A stretch of DNA of 64,000 nt from Epithemia pelagica (Eukaryota; Protista; Bacillariophyta). Position 1 is the first letter of the stretch. Each line of letters starts with the position of its first letter. Shown in pieces: positions 11,091 to 23,300 of this stretch. The stretch lies in assembly GCA_946965045.2 (NCBI GenBank), contig OX337232.1, positions 2,604,001-2,668,000 of the forward strand, in the 5' to 3' direction. A program made the translations under genes and the position numbers. A model generated the notes under the pieces. The model was not told the origin of the DNA. It did no database searches and was given only the letters and a program-made list of their open reading frames with translations.

Positions 11091-11275
11091 ACGTCAGTTC
11101 CGAATTCCGCGGAAGCCGCGCGGGACGTCTCCGCGGGAAGGGCCCACAGAACCAGCGCCCCGTTGGCATCGATTCCAGACATGTTGTTGGCGGCATTTTT
11201 TGACCCCATTGTTTGGTTGGTTGCACCCTTGAGATTGCGTGTTGACTCACACCAACAGAGACAAATACGTTCAAG

Positions 11276-14016
11276 ATGGCGAGTTCCATGTTTGTCATGA
11301 AGCGGAATGGACGCCGTGAATCGGTCCATTTCGACAAGATTACACGTCGGATTTCCAAGTTGTGCTATGGCTTGGATCCTCAGGTACGATGCGTTCACCC
11401 AAAAAACTGGTTTGTCCGCACCACTGTTGTGATCCCCCACTGTTGGTTCTCACGCAGCTTGTCTCTCATGATTATTATGGTTGCAGCATGTGGATGCCGT
11501 GGTTGTTTCACAAAAGGTTATTCAGGGTGTCTATCCGGGTGTGACCACAGAGGAACTCGATGAGTGAGTATGCTACTTTACAGGAAAACTAGGTCTGGAA
11601 GGGTGTCGCCTTCTCACGTCCTTGTGGTTTCTGGACTTTTGTCCACTGTGCCTCCTATTGGATGTTTCAGATTGGCCGCCCAGACTTCGGCTGGCTTGGC
11701 GACGCAGCACCCCGACTATTCCATTTTGGCCGCCCGCATTTCCATTTCGAATCTACACAAAATGACGGAATCCAAATTTTCCAAGTTGGCCGACACCATG
11801 TATCATTACCGACACCCCAAAACGGGTGCCCCCGCTCCCTTGATTAGCAAGGAAGTTTACGAGATTGCCATTACCGGTGCCTTGGACACCACGGTCGATC
11901 ACGAACGCGATTTTGAATACGACTATTTTGGATTCAAGACCTTGGAGAAGAGTTATTTGCTCAAAATGCATGGCAAAATTGTGGAGCGACCGCAAATGCT
12001 CCTCATGCGCGTGGCGGTCGGCATTCATGGGAACGATCTAGAAGCCGCCAAGGAGACCTACCACATGCTCTCCCAGCGATACTTTACGCATGCCACTCCA
12101 ACTCTCTTTAACGCGGGGACCAACATGCCTCAAATGTCTTCTTGTTTCTTGATTCAAATGAAGGAAGATTCCATTGAAGGTATTTACGATACTCTCAAAA
12201 ACTGTGCCGTCATCTCCAAGTACGCCGGAGGCATTGGTTTGGCCATTCACAAGATTCGTGCCTCCCAATCGTACATCAAGGGCACCAACGGAACTTCGAA
12301 TGGCATTGTCCCCATGTTGCGGGTGTACAACAACACGGCCCGCTACGTCGATCAAGGAGGCGGCAAGCGCAAGGGCAGTATCGCCGTTTACTTGGAGCCC
12401 TGGCATGCCGATATCATGGCCTTTTTGGATTTGCGCAAGAATCATGGCAATGAATCCGATCGGGCCCGTGACTTGTTCTATGCGCTCTGGATTCCGGATT
12501 TGTTTATGGAACGCGTCAAGGCACATGGTCAGTGGTCCCTCTTTTGCCCGCACGAATGTCCTGGCCTGCACGAATGCTACGGCGAGGAATTTAAGCAACT
12601 CTACGAACGATACGAACGGGAAGGCAAGGCACGCGAAACCGTGCCGGCCCACCAACTGTGGTTTGCCATTTTGGACAGTCAAGTCGAGACGGGTACACCC
12701 TACATGCTCTACAAGGATGCTTGCAACAGCAAATCCAATCAGACCCATTCCGGCGTCATTCAGTGCTCCAACTTGTGTACGGAAATTGTCCAGTACACGG
12801 CACCGGATGAAACCGCTGTGTGCAACTTGGCCAGTATTTCCCTCTCGAAACTTGTGGATGTCCACAGCGAAGAGAAGGAAAAGTTTGACTTTGAACAGTT
12901 GCGTCGTGTGACCAAGATTGTGACGCGTAACCTGAATCGTATCATTGACCGCAACTTTTATCCCATTGAAGAAGCCGAACGGTAAGTCGAGTCGGAGTAT
13001 GCCTCTTGTCTTTTGGTGTATTTTGATAGAGCTGGAACCTAACCATTCAAATGTCTTTTGTCGACAGATCCAACTTGCGCCACCGTCCCATCGGAATTGG
13101 AGTACAGGGATTGGCGGATGCTTTCCAAATGCTCAAGATTCCATTTGATTCCGAAGAGGCTCGAAAGCTGAATCAAGATATCTTTGAAACGATTTACTTT
13201 GGGGCCTGCGAAGCATCTTGTGAATTGGCCAAGCGAGATGGACCCTATGAATCCTATCCCGGATCGCCCATGAGCCAAGGAAAGTTCCAGTTTGACATGT
13301 GGAATGTGACACCCTCCAACCGATGGAAGTGGGAAGAACTGCGCAACAACGTCCGAGAACATGGCATGCGCAACTCGTTGTTGGTTGCCCCCATGCCTAC
13401 GGCATCCACTGCGCAAATCTTGGGCAACAATGAAAGTACAGAACCCTTCACTTCCAACATGTACAATCGCCGTGTTTTGGCGGGAGAATTCACCGTGGTG
13501 AACAAGCACTTGCTCCGCGAACTGACGGAACGCAAACTGTGGACCGAATCGGTTCGCAACCGTCTCATTGCCGATAACGGATCGGTCCAAAATGTCCCCG
13601 AGATTCCTGCGGATGTCAAGGCCGTGTTTCGAACCGTCTGGGAGATTCCCCAACGTTCCATTTTGGACATGGCGGCGGATCGAGCACCCTTTATCTGCCA
13701 ATCACAGTCCCTCAATGTGCACATTGCCGATCCCAATTCCAAAAAGCTGACATCGATGCACTTTTATGCCTGGAGCAAGGGACTCAAGACGGGAATGTAT
13801 TATTTGCGCACACGGCCCAAGGCGGAGGCGATCAAGTTCACTGTCAACCAAGAGGCCCTGAAAGCATCGGCGGGCACTGGCAATACAAGCCCCACGGCCA
13901 ACAAAGAGAATGCCAGTAAGGCCCTTGCATCACCTGGGAAAAAGCCCATGGCAACTGTTTCTGCGAGAGAACAGCCGGACGAGGAAGACGAAATCTGTCT
14001 CAGTTGTGGTGCCTAG
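11276..14016 (+). CDS. RRM1: Ribonucleoside-diphosphate reductase large subunit (class Ia R1), 4 exons
   Basis: Exons 11276-11383, 11487-11563, 11671-12981 and 13068-14016, all GT-AG with frame conserved. ATP cone ([19 protein letters not shown]), SSCFL, NLCTEI, VCNLASI, GMYYLRT and C-terminal CLSCGA. Confidence 0.96.
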
Positions 14017-14400
14017 AAAAAGTGTGGGGTCAAGTTGTTGTGGTCCTGAACTCGTTGTATAACTGGCAGTGAACTGAGGCGGATAAATATTTAAGTTAGG
14101 GGATTTGTGGTACCCATCCAACATCCATCAAGCCTTTCTTGTTGTTACTATCTAGTCATAGGAGCCACCAAACGGATTTGATATGGGTCCTGGTGGAGGA
14201 GGCAAGTTGTCCTTGTGTTTTGTTTAGTAAACTTAGCGTGTGAGGGGAACATAGCGTCAGAGATGGGTTGATCAGAATGAACGTAGCATTTAGATACTGG
14301 GAGCAATCGATGTTATGAGACTTGTTGATAGCGTGTTCTTGGTTTGAAATTTGGAAGCGAAACAGGAACTGGCCTTAGCGCTGGATGTAATTGGTAAGGC

Positions 14401-15472
14401 TCACAATGACAACAAAGCTGCCAATGCATCTCTGTCGCTGTCACATAGTTGCACACGTGAACGTGAAGGGGAGGATGAAGGCCTTGGAATGATGGGAACT
14501 GATATTCGAGTCAACGCCGATTTCTTTGCGGAGGTTTCTGGCGCATCATTTGCCAGCACACGAAAATAGGCAGAACTCAGACTCTGGGACTCGCTTTCTT
14601 CCATCGTATAGTTCTGAGGAAACTGTGCATGGGGCTCCAAATCCTCTAGGCAATTATTCATAGACCTTTGAGGTATTTGTATCACAGGCCTACAGGCTAT
14701 GGTGCTCCATGGTGCGGCTGAAAGGAGATTCTGAGCTTCGGCAGTGACAAATGCAGCATTGGCAACTCTCTGCATTGAGGAACCGTCATTCGCTTTCGAA
14801 AGCGAGGGACAACTCAGACCAAGTGAAGGCGCATCACGATCGAGGCATTGATTCTGAGGAATGCTCTGTAGCGATGGAGGGATCGAAGGGTGATGATGAT
14901 TCTTCCAAGCAGGATGGTAAAAGTCGTATTTCTCTTTTCCCAAAGATTCCTCGGTTAAAGCTTTGTTTCCTTTGATCTTACGTCGCACCATTTTTCGAAT
15001 CAAAGAGCGATGATCACGAACAAAGCAAAGATGGTAGTATGCACCCTTATCTTTTCCATGCAGAAAGCGAGAGAATCCATAAATGTTGAGTTGTCTCTGG
15101 AAGGATGGATACTTTGTCTGGCCAAAAAAGCTGAAGAAGGGCAATTTTCATAAGAATGTGAGACTGTTCTACTGCTGCTGCTGAGCAGGAGCAGTGCGTC
15201 CTTCACCGAGCGTTGTCGTACCGTGGCATGATGAGCTCAACAAACTTGTGGGGCTGATAGACAGTGAAGGACCGACCATGCGGTTGCCACGAAACGATTT
15301 GCTGTAGTCCCTCTTTTTCAACGGCCTCTAAGCACAGATGTAGACGCCATGGAAATGGACAAGCAACACCGCCTTTCGCCATGCATTCAGCGCCATTCTC
15401 ATCCACCAAGTGAGAAAGATTGTAAATAGGGAGCTCTTTCAGTGTAGGCTCTCGTGCTATGGTCGACATCAT
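14401..15472 (-). CDS. Heat-shock-factor (HSF) DNA-binding domain protein, 2 exons
   Basis: Exons 15472-15222 and 15130-14401 (intron 15221-15131). FPWRLHLCL...IVSWQPHGRSFTVY...FVELIMPRFFGQTKYPSFQRQLNIYGF is a typical HSF DNA-binding domain. Confidence 0.9.
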
Positions 15473-15842
15473 GAAACATGAAACAGAAAGAAATTGTGAA
15501 GGTGATGTGTTGCTTTGTTTTTGCCTTGAAAATGACAGTGGTTGCGGTTTTCATCCTCGGTGGTGGACGGTTCTTCTTGACCACCACGAGCATGACGGCC
15601 ATCTGGGTCATAGTTGTACACAAAAGGATATAGTCAATATCAGGCACAACTGACAACTTTGCGTTTGAACTGAGTGAGCATATTGCTCCCCAGGATGTCT
15701 TTGGTGACAAAGTAATAATAAATTTACAATTCATTTAGTTTCGTGATGCTCAGGAGTATTGAATATCGGCAGCAAATTCTTTGGTCTTGGTCACGTTTCG
15801 AAAGCGGTCGCTCCAGGCGGAGGTCTGGCTAGACTGGGGTAA

Positions 15843-16320
15843 GGCCGTTCCTTGATATTCTGCAAAAACAAAAATCGACACATGACATCACCTTTTCGTA
15901 GACAATTGCGCGACACGCCCTCCTTTGGCATTTACAAAACCAAAACCTATAACCGCACTTTTTCCCCCAAGGCCCCCAATAGTCCCCATATTCACTTTGA
16001 TTTTTATAGACTAAAATTATCAAAGTAGGACATTATGAGCTTCCTCTTCATTGAGGTTAGGGGGACCGTTGGAGTCGAACGCGCGCCGTTCAAATCCTTA
16101 ACCGTCATTTTTGTTTCTGTAGGGCCCAATGTACACTAGCAAGAAGAAAGCACTATCCCTAATGTCTGTTCAGCTTTTGCCGGCCTGCAAAAGTTGGACC
16201 CAACTTTTGCAGCCTCAAAAGCTGAAACAGCGTCGAACCCGGATTTGACGCCATATTTCCGGGTATTTTGTGACGTGTCACGCTCCAACTTTTGTTTTTG
16301 CAGAATATCAAGGAACGGCC
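15843..16320. mobile_element. MITE, PIF/Harbinger (Tourist-like), 478 bp
   Basis: Perfect 31-bp TIR ggccgttccttgatattctgcaaaaacaaaa at both ends; TAA target-site duplication at 15840-15842 and 16321-16323; no coding capacity. Confidence 0.88.
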
Positions 16321-17110
16321 TAACTAGAGCCCTCTAGCCTTTTCAAAATATACGCCTCCTAGGAGTACCTCCTACGACTATGTGAAGGTCACCACGTCGA
16401 AAAGACATGGACAAGAAGGAGCGTGGATCATAGATATCTTCGAATGAAAGACGTTGAAAGACAGAGAAAGTCTCTCAAGGCCGCCGATTCGTGCTGCTAA
16501 GCGATGGGTTCTCGAAGAGCTGTGTTGTTGCTAGTGGTCGAGGTCTGGACCACAGTCTGGACACAAAATTGAACGATTCGCATCATTTGGAAGGCGACGA
16601 CATATATCTGTAGTATGAAGAAACGTCGACTGGTCACTTCTCTTCTTGTTGGGGTCGGTGGAGTGATGCGGAGAAAGTATCGCGGTCGTGGTCCGACACA
16701 TAAAAGCTTCAGATTCATAAACAACGGCAAATAAAACTTTTCTTTAGATTTCAGAAAGGAAAACCTTCCCTCTTCAAACTACAGAGATATCACAAGGATG
16801 GCGAAACTCTCACAATTAAAAAAATATTACGGCCAAACTTGTCCGAGAGGCAGTCATGTACGATATTCCGAGTTCCAAGTACAGTAAGAACGACGAAAGG
16901 AGCTTTTATCTTTATAACGCTGAAATAGAGCAAAACGTCTTCAAACCCAATCCTTGTTCCACCCGAGATCTAGGGTCATAGAACAAAAAGATTGTTGGCA
17001 TGAGCGAGGACCATTACGAATTGTGAACCGACACAAAAGAGATTCTCGTGCACTACCATTGCACTGTGCATTTCCTTCCCATGCAGAAATGGTGCTTAGG
17101 ATTCCCTTTC

Positions 17111-18115
17111 TCATCCTTTTGCAAGCCATGGATGTGGTTGCCACTCCGCGTATGTTCCATCCGCGCTGGGTACCATGATTGTCATTGTTTCAATTAAGAC
17201 ATGAGACGGAGGAATTAGAAACCCAGACCCCGGCATTTTGGTTATGCGCTCCACAACCACATTCTCAAATCCTTCCACCACTGTACCAAAACAAGAGTCT
17301 GCTTCATATGGATTTTCATGTTGTTGACTTCCAGGTCCATGGTTCTCACTATTATTCATAATGGACACATACCAAGCGGGGCCAGAGGGTCGCCCTGCAT
17401 ATCCCACAGTCCCTTTTTTGTGCGGATACTCTTTGGAATATTCTTGAAACGCCAAATGCGGTACTTGATGCCCTCCAACCATCACTTGTAACACGTGGTT
17501 TGCCCGGCGATGGAAGGCCCCTTTCTTCTCTGGCCAATGACGGGCCACTTCCAAGAAGGTAAAGATGGAATGCGGTTGTAGTCGCGACGGAGCGAGTTCA
17601 ATCACAAACGAATCATATTCTCCTCTTGTTGCTGTTGTAGGATTGGATGGTTGAAACTTTAACCCGACCTTGACACGGTAAGGTTCACTAGGACCATATC
17701 GAGCCGATAGCAATAGCCTTGTTGCATCTTGCAGCCGCCTACTTGCTGCTACTCCCTTTTCGTCTACTTCCATGAAACTTCCTTTGGGAAGATTGGCTTT
17801 GATATCTCGCACTTCCTTGTCCAGCATCTTGACTCGCGCCTCCAAGTCATGTTCTTCTTTTTCTTGATCTACAGATTCTTCCTCCTCTTCCTCTTCCTCT
17901 TCCCCTTTGTCGTCATCCTCTTGTTGCTTTTGTATTACTGGTGCCAACAAAGGGTTTTTTCGAAAGTTTTGGAGCCCCTCTATGGACGATGAGGTGGGGT
18001 CATCCATGCTCAAAAGACCCCATAACAAAAGGACACAACTGATCACGAACGCAGCCGCAAGAACCGTACGGACGACTTGCGTTTGCTTTTGTTGGATCTT
18101 TTCGTTCTTTTCCAT
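17111..18115 (-). CDS. Type II membrane protein with cyclophilin-like (PPIase-fold) domain, paralogue A
   Basis: N-terminal TM segment (VLAAAFVISCVLLLWGLL), acidic linker, coiled segment, then FVIELAP...FHRRANHVLQ...GTVGYAGRPSGPAWYVS...CFGTVVEG. Confidence 0.72.
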   Translation of the reverse strand: MEKNEKIQQKQTQVVRTVLAAAFVISCVLLLWGLLSMDDPTSSSIEGLQNFRKNPLLAPVIQKQQEDDDKGEEEEEEEEESVDQEKEEHDLEARVKMLDKEVRDIKANLPKGSFMEVDEKGVAASRRLQDATRLLLSARYGPSEPYRVKVGLKFQPSNPTTATRGEYDSFVIELAPSRLQPHSIFTFLEVARHWPEKKGAFHRRANHVLQVMVGGHQVPHLAFQEYSKEYPHKKGTVGYAGRPSGPAWYVSIMNNSENHGPGSQQHENPYEADSCFGTVVEGFENVVVERITKMPGSGFLIPPSHVLIETMTIMVPSADGTYAEWQPHPWLAKG

Positions 18116-18230
18116 GACAAAGAGCGTTGTTAGGACTCCTCTTGATCTGTGATTCTGAACCGTTTGACGAAAGAGTTGGCGAGAGAGGAGAGATACGCAA
18201 CACGAGATACGAGACTCCTACCGAGTGGAA

Positions 18231-18326
18231 TACCCCCCAGCGCCGGATGAGTTTTGAATCCCGCCTGAGTCGGAGAAAATATGCATTCGTAAGTGCGACT
18301 CAATACTCGCCCGGCGCTTGGGGGTA
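18231..18326. mobile_element. 96-bp miniature inverted-repeat element with 10-bp TSD (Mutator-like)
   Basis: TIR TACCCCCCAGCGCCGGATGAGTTTTG vs reverse complement TACCCCCAAGCGCCGGGCGAGTATTG (22/26); flanking direct repeat CCGAGTGGAA at 18221-18230 and 18327-18336. Confidence 0.7.
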
Positions 18327-19031
18327 CCGAGTGGAAGTGGAGGCAACGGAGGCACACAATCATGCAAAAAAAAAAGGTACAATCTATTTTAACGCTGCCG
18401 CGCGCACCCGCTAGGGTAGCGTCGACCGACGCGCCTGGCTCCACACAAAATGTGAAGCAAAGGCACACAATCATGCAGCGCGATGTCACTCAGAAGAAGC
18501 GCGACCGTGTCGTCACTACCCTACCGTAACTGTAGCTAGTGCTTCCGAGTTCGGGGTCGAAGCTTCGGTAGGTTACGAGTTACGATGTTCAGAGTTGAGA
18601 CTTGAGACATACTTCTACCTATTTACTCCTGTGGTCATTCAACATCAGCTGGGCGATCGTTTCCATCTAAATGTACCAACACACTTTGAGACATGTTCAG
18701 GACGCCTCGTCCTGTCACAAATAGTCTCGGTGAAGGTGAGATTGCTGGACTGATAAAGTATCTTTGTAAGACTATACGTCCTATGAACAGTTCGGATACA
18801 TTTACGAACACCAACGGGGATGTCAATGAAAACAATCAGCAAATATTCAACATGTATAGATTATTAACCACCTTCAAAGCGACTGAGATCTTCTGAGTTC
18901 TATATGCAGACGCGTTGAACACTGAGTCCATCTCAACATTTTGGTGGTTGGAGGAAACAGCGTCAGCCCAAGCCTAAAAAAGCTTTGAAATTCTTCTTTT
19001 GTACTGATCTCCTTTCTATGTTCCTCGTAAT

Positions 19032-19988
19032 TCAGTGGGTCGCGAACGTCGCGCTTGGTTGCCAATCCTCATAGGTTCCATCCGCGGTGGGTACCATGAC
19101 GGTCATTGTTTCAATCAAAACATGCGCTGGTGGGTCGAGGAACTCGGACCCTGGCATTTTTGCTACGCGTTCCAGCACAACGCGTTCGAACCCTTCCACG
19201 ACAGTACCAAAACAAGAGTCTGCTTCATACGGATTTTCCTCTTGTTGGCTTCCGGGTCCGTGAATGTCGCTGTTATCTTCTATCGATGTATACCACTCTG
19301 GACCGGAAGGTCGTCCCGCATAACCGACAGTCCCCTTTTTGTGCGGATAATCTCTGGAATATTCCTGAAACGCTAAATGTGGGACCCGATTGCCTCCAAC
19401 CATCACTTGTAACACATGAGGTGCTTGTCGATGAAATGCACCCTTTTTCTCCGGCCAATGACGAGCCACTTCCAAGAAAGTAAAGATGGAATGCGGTTGT
19501 AGTCGCGACGGTGCGAGTTCAATGACAAATGAATCACGTTCGCCCATTGTTACAGTAGTAGGGTTGGAAGGCTGAAACTTCAAGCCGACCTTAACACGGT
19601 ACGGTTCATGAGGACCGTAACGAGCCGCCAACAGCAACCGTGTTGCATCTTGTAACCGTGCACTGGCTGCTACTCCGTTTTCATCCACTTCCATAAAACT
19701 TCCCTTAGGAAGATTCGTTTTGATATCTCGCACTTCCTTGTCCAGTAATTGAACTCGTCTTTCCAGTTCCTCTTCAGTGAACCGATTATCTTCCACTGAC
19801 CGTGGTTGCCAATTCCCCGTGGATCGTGACGATGGACTTTTTCGGAAGTTCTGGAACTCGTACATCGGGTCCTCATCCAAACTCAAGAGACTCAACAGTA
19901 ACATGACGCAGCTTATGACAAAGGCACCAGCCAGAATCCTGCGAACAATGCGCGTTTGCTTTTGATGAATCTTTTCGGACTTTTCCAT
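19032..19988 (-). CDS. Type II membrane protein with cyclophilin-like domain, paralogue B
   Basis: Near-identical architecture and long identical blocks with 17111-18115 (FVIELAPSRLQPHSIFTFLEVARHWPEKKGAFHR; ENPYEADSCFGTVVEGFE). Confidence 0.72.
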   Translation of the reverse strand: MEKSEKIHQKQTRIVRRILAGAFVISCVMLLLSLLSLDEDPMYEFQNFRKSPSSRSTGNWQPRSVEDNRFTEEELERRVQLLDKEVRDIKTNLPKGSFMEVDENGVAASARLQDATRLLLAARYGPHEPYRVKVGLKFQPSNPTTVTMGERDSFVIELAPSRLQPHSIFTFLEVARHWPEKKGAFHRQAPHVLQVMVGGNRVPHLAFQEYSRDYPHKKGTVGYAGRPSGPEWYTSIEDNSDIHGPGSQQEENPYEADSCFGTVVEGFERVVLERVAKMPGSEFLDPPAHVLIETMTVMVPTADGTYEDWQPSATFATH

Positions 19989-20385
19989 GATGATTTTGGA
20001 TATGCGGGCTACGTTATGGGCAGGTTCTTCTCCTCCTGTATCAGTTTGGTATTTGAGAGGGGGGTGATAAAAGAAATCAACGAACCTGTTTCCTTTCTTC
20101 CCAATGCGGACGATCGATTGAGCATCTATTACGAGAAAATGAAACGACGATAAATGCGACTAAAAAATGATCATTGGTGCACAAAAACAATTACCCGCAC
20201 CTCTCGCTTGTTGCTCACCCGGCCCGGCCCCGGTGAATTTTACCGGCAAATCGGAAAAACGTCGGCTATCATTTCGTGTATCTACCTACTCCTCTACTAG
20301 AGGACATTAAGGATGTCTTCCTTCGTTTTCATCAGCATGCAAACAAAAGCAGACCAAAGCAGAACTGCAGCGATTGACGCGAGAA

Positions 20386-23300
20386 TCACGGGAACCGGCG
20401 TGGCCATCGTCGTCGTCTGCCAGGATTTGCCATATCAAAAGCAATGACAAGGCAGCTGATACCAAGAACAATGCTTGCCACAGCCACAGTTCCCCAGAAG
20501 TATTTGCGTTCATTCAGTCTTTGCCGAATTAGAGCAGCATTGTCTGGTGGGTTGTTGTCCTTACGGTCTGGACTCTTGTCATCTCTATCGCCGTCGTCAT
20601 CACCGTTCACCGTAGTCGACGTCGTAGGAGCTGTTAATGTTCGTTCCACAACCACAGCGTTATCGGCCCCGTCATTGACGCCGGAGGAAGCAGGTTGAGA
20701 CGAGGCTTCTTCTTTTCCGACATTTTGAGCGGTGCTATCTCCCTGGGATTCCTGAGTTATTGTGGCGGCATCCGCCATGTTGGGGTGTGGGACAACATGT
20801 CCATCAACGGATGCGACGTCGCTTATGTCGACATTCTTGGCTTTCTTCCCTTTGCCTTTCCGCACAAGTCGTTCTGCGGCTGTGGATGTGCTGGCAACTT
20901 CGTAGCCATCCTCGTCATCTGATTTCCCTGCCATAATGGCTTGTTCAAAGAAATCTTCAACCTCGGCACATGTTAAGCCCTCTCGTCCAATTACTTGAAG
21001 GCGCTCGGTGCCATATCGGGCTGCGTCGTGCTCACGTTCATCTTCGTCGATATGAGATGGCGTCGCAGCAGCTCCAGGAGAAAAAAGAATCTCGACACGG
21101 AATCGACGTGGATCTTCCAAGCCTCGTCGGTTGTCTTCAAATACACGCATGACAATCTGCGTCAAGTAGCAGAGTTCTCTGGTGGCATTAACAATCGCAG
21201 TTCCATAATCCGAGAGGAGGCCCTTGGAGCTGCACTGGGCAAAGCGGAACACATTCAGGACTGTGTGTAAGTGGGACTCAGACGTAAAGTACAACCGAGT
21301 TCGAATCCGACGACCCATGGTATTGATCGGCAAATCAGCCTCGTAGTTCATGTTGATCATATAACGCATCTCTACTTTGTTGTCTGTTCGGGCGACATTC
21401 AAATCGTATTTGATCTTCTCCAACAGGCTGTGACAAATTTTGACACCCACGTCACGTTTCTCAGTCAACGTTGTGCCATATTCTTGCGGAACTACGCAAT
21501 CCGCCATTATTTTTGCGTACTGGTATAACTTTTGCAAAGTTTCCGTGAGTCCCAAATGGGGGTTGTGTAGCACGTCGAATCGAACATTGTCGTGCACATC
21601 AGGAATTCTCGAAAGATCAAACTCGTCCTTCTCCGTGTCGTAGAGACGGTCATAGATGAACCGCCATCGCTCTGTTAACTCCAACAAAGTCTCTCCCTTG
21701 TACAGTTTAACTCCACTAAGTGCAACATCGTCTTCGGTGCTCCCCCTAAGGCCTTCTCCGCCTTCAATTCGACGCTCATCACCGGTACCTAGTTGATCCA
21801 ACATTTCTTCAAGTTGACCAATGAGTTCACCCATTGTTTCATGAATTTGAAGGAGCATTTTTCGCGGGTTACCACATTCTTGGATTGCCTCTCGCAGCGA
21901 TGTCAGCTCTTTTGGTCCAACCAGCTGATACAGCTCTTCTTCACTCGCAGTCGAAATGTCAATGTCCTTTTGAAGATTAGCCGTTATTCTGTCCTTGCAA
22001 ACATCCAAATCCTGTTTGACTTCCTTGTTGCCAGTAGGGTCAAGCATGTGCATGCTTCCCTTTTCTTTGTGTACTAGTGACACCAGGATTGGAGGAAGGT
22101 CTCCTTCCAGTTCCAACAAACCCTTGGAAAAGGCTGCCGCAGTCTTCATGACTCGTCCCTCGTCGCTGGTTTTGATCTTCAAGTCGTGTCGAAAGGTGGA
22201 GTGCAAACGAAGAATCCCTCCACCAGGTGCATCGGGATACAAGTCATGTCGGTGTTTGTGCCCCAAGGCAATGGCTTGTTTCTCGCCCAGCTTGGTCAGA
22301 TTACCTCCCCACTTGAGAATCAATTGCACTTTGGTACACCGTCGTTTCATTTCCCCTGTATCCGGATCCCTCAAATCTTCCCATTCCTGCGGTTTGATTT
22401 GGAGTTTTCGATTCAAACCATGTATTTTCCATCGTTCCAGGATATCTCGCATATGAGCCAGCTGCACACGAATGTTTTTGTTGGATTCCTGCATCGTTGG
22501 AGGGTCATCCGATTGTGGAACTGGAGGCGATGGCGGAAGTTCCGCAAGGGTTGTCTTGACGGTCTGCAAGAATTCAGTCAAAGGCGCCTTGGCCTTTACC
22601 TTGAGATCTGTCATACAATCCTTGCAATGCTTGTGAAAGTACTCCAGTATGTGTGGTTCATTCATGTTCACTTTGAGTTTTTGTTTCGGCGTTCTATCAC
22701 CATGACGAACAATTGCCAAGACGCATCGAAGTTCTTCTTGGTGGGATTCTTGACTCACACTGCCTGAACGTCTCTGCCGTGGGAAATCAATTTCGTCATT
22801 GTCTTCATCCTCACCCTCGGAATTCTTCCCATTCAAACTACCGGTAGAGGAGGGAACCAGGGATGCCGGTTCACTTGTGAGATTGTTGGGAAAGGTTCGA
22901 ACGGGTAAGGCACCTTCCATCAAAGTAGCTGCTGCACTCGTCAGTAGTTCACCCGTCTCTCCCATATTATTGCGAGGTGGTGATGTGCCTTGTTGTTGCA
23001 TGGGATGGTGTTCCATGGTACTGGTTTGGGATTGGGCATCGACATCCACAGTGGCACTGGTGCCACCGCCATCATCGGAAACCGGTTCTCCTTGCAACAT
23101 GCGACTGGCACGCGTCAAAAAGTTTTGGTACTTGCGCGCCGCTGTCGTAGTGGTGTTGGTTGCGGCCGAGGGATGATCGGAGGATTCGGCAATTTCATCA
23201 TCCAAATGATTGAGACTGGTGGTCACCAAGGGATCGAGGGTGGAAAAGGTGGTCAAGGCGGAGGGTTTCATTTTGGCCAACAAGTGTTCGGACAAAATCT

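Noticed and set aside
12038-13742. Long antisense or alternative-frame ORFs over RNR (also those over dynactin, PPIP5K and CDPK-C, e.g. 39687-40604)
   Set aside because: They overlap well-supported genes and reflect codon bias, not independent genes.
16060-16105. tRNA-like boxes (GGTTAAGG ... GTTCGACTCC on the minus strand) inside the MITE
   Set aside because: The spacing between the boxes is only about 15 nt and no cloverleaf or acceptor stem can be drawn.
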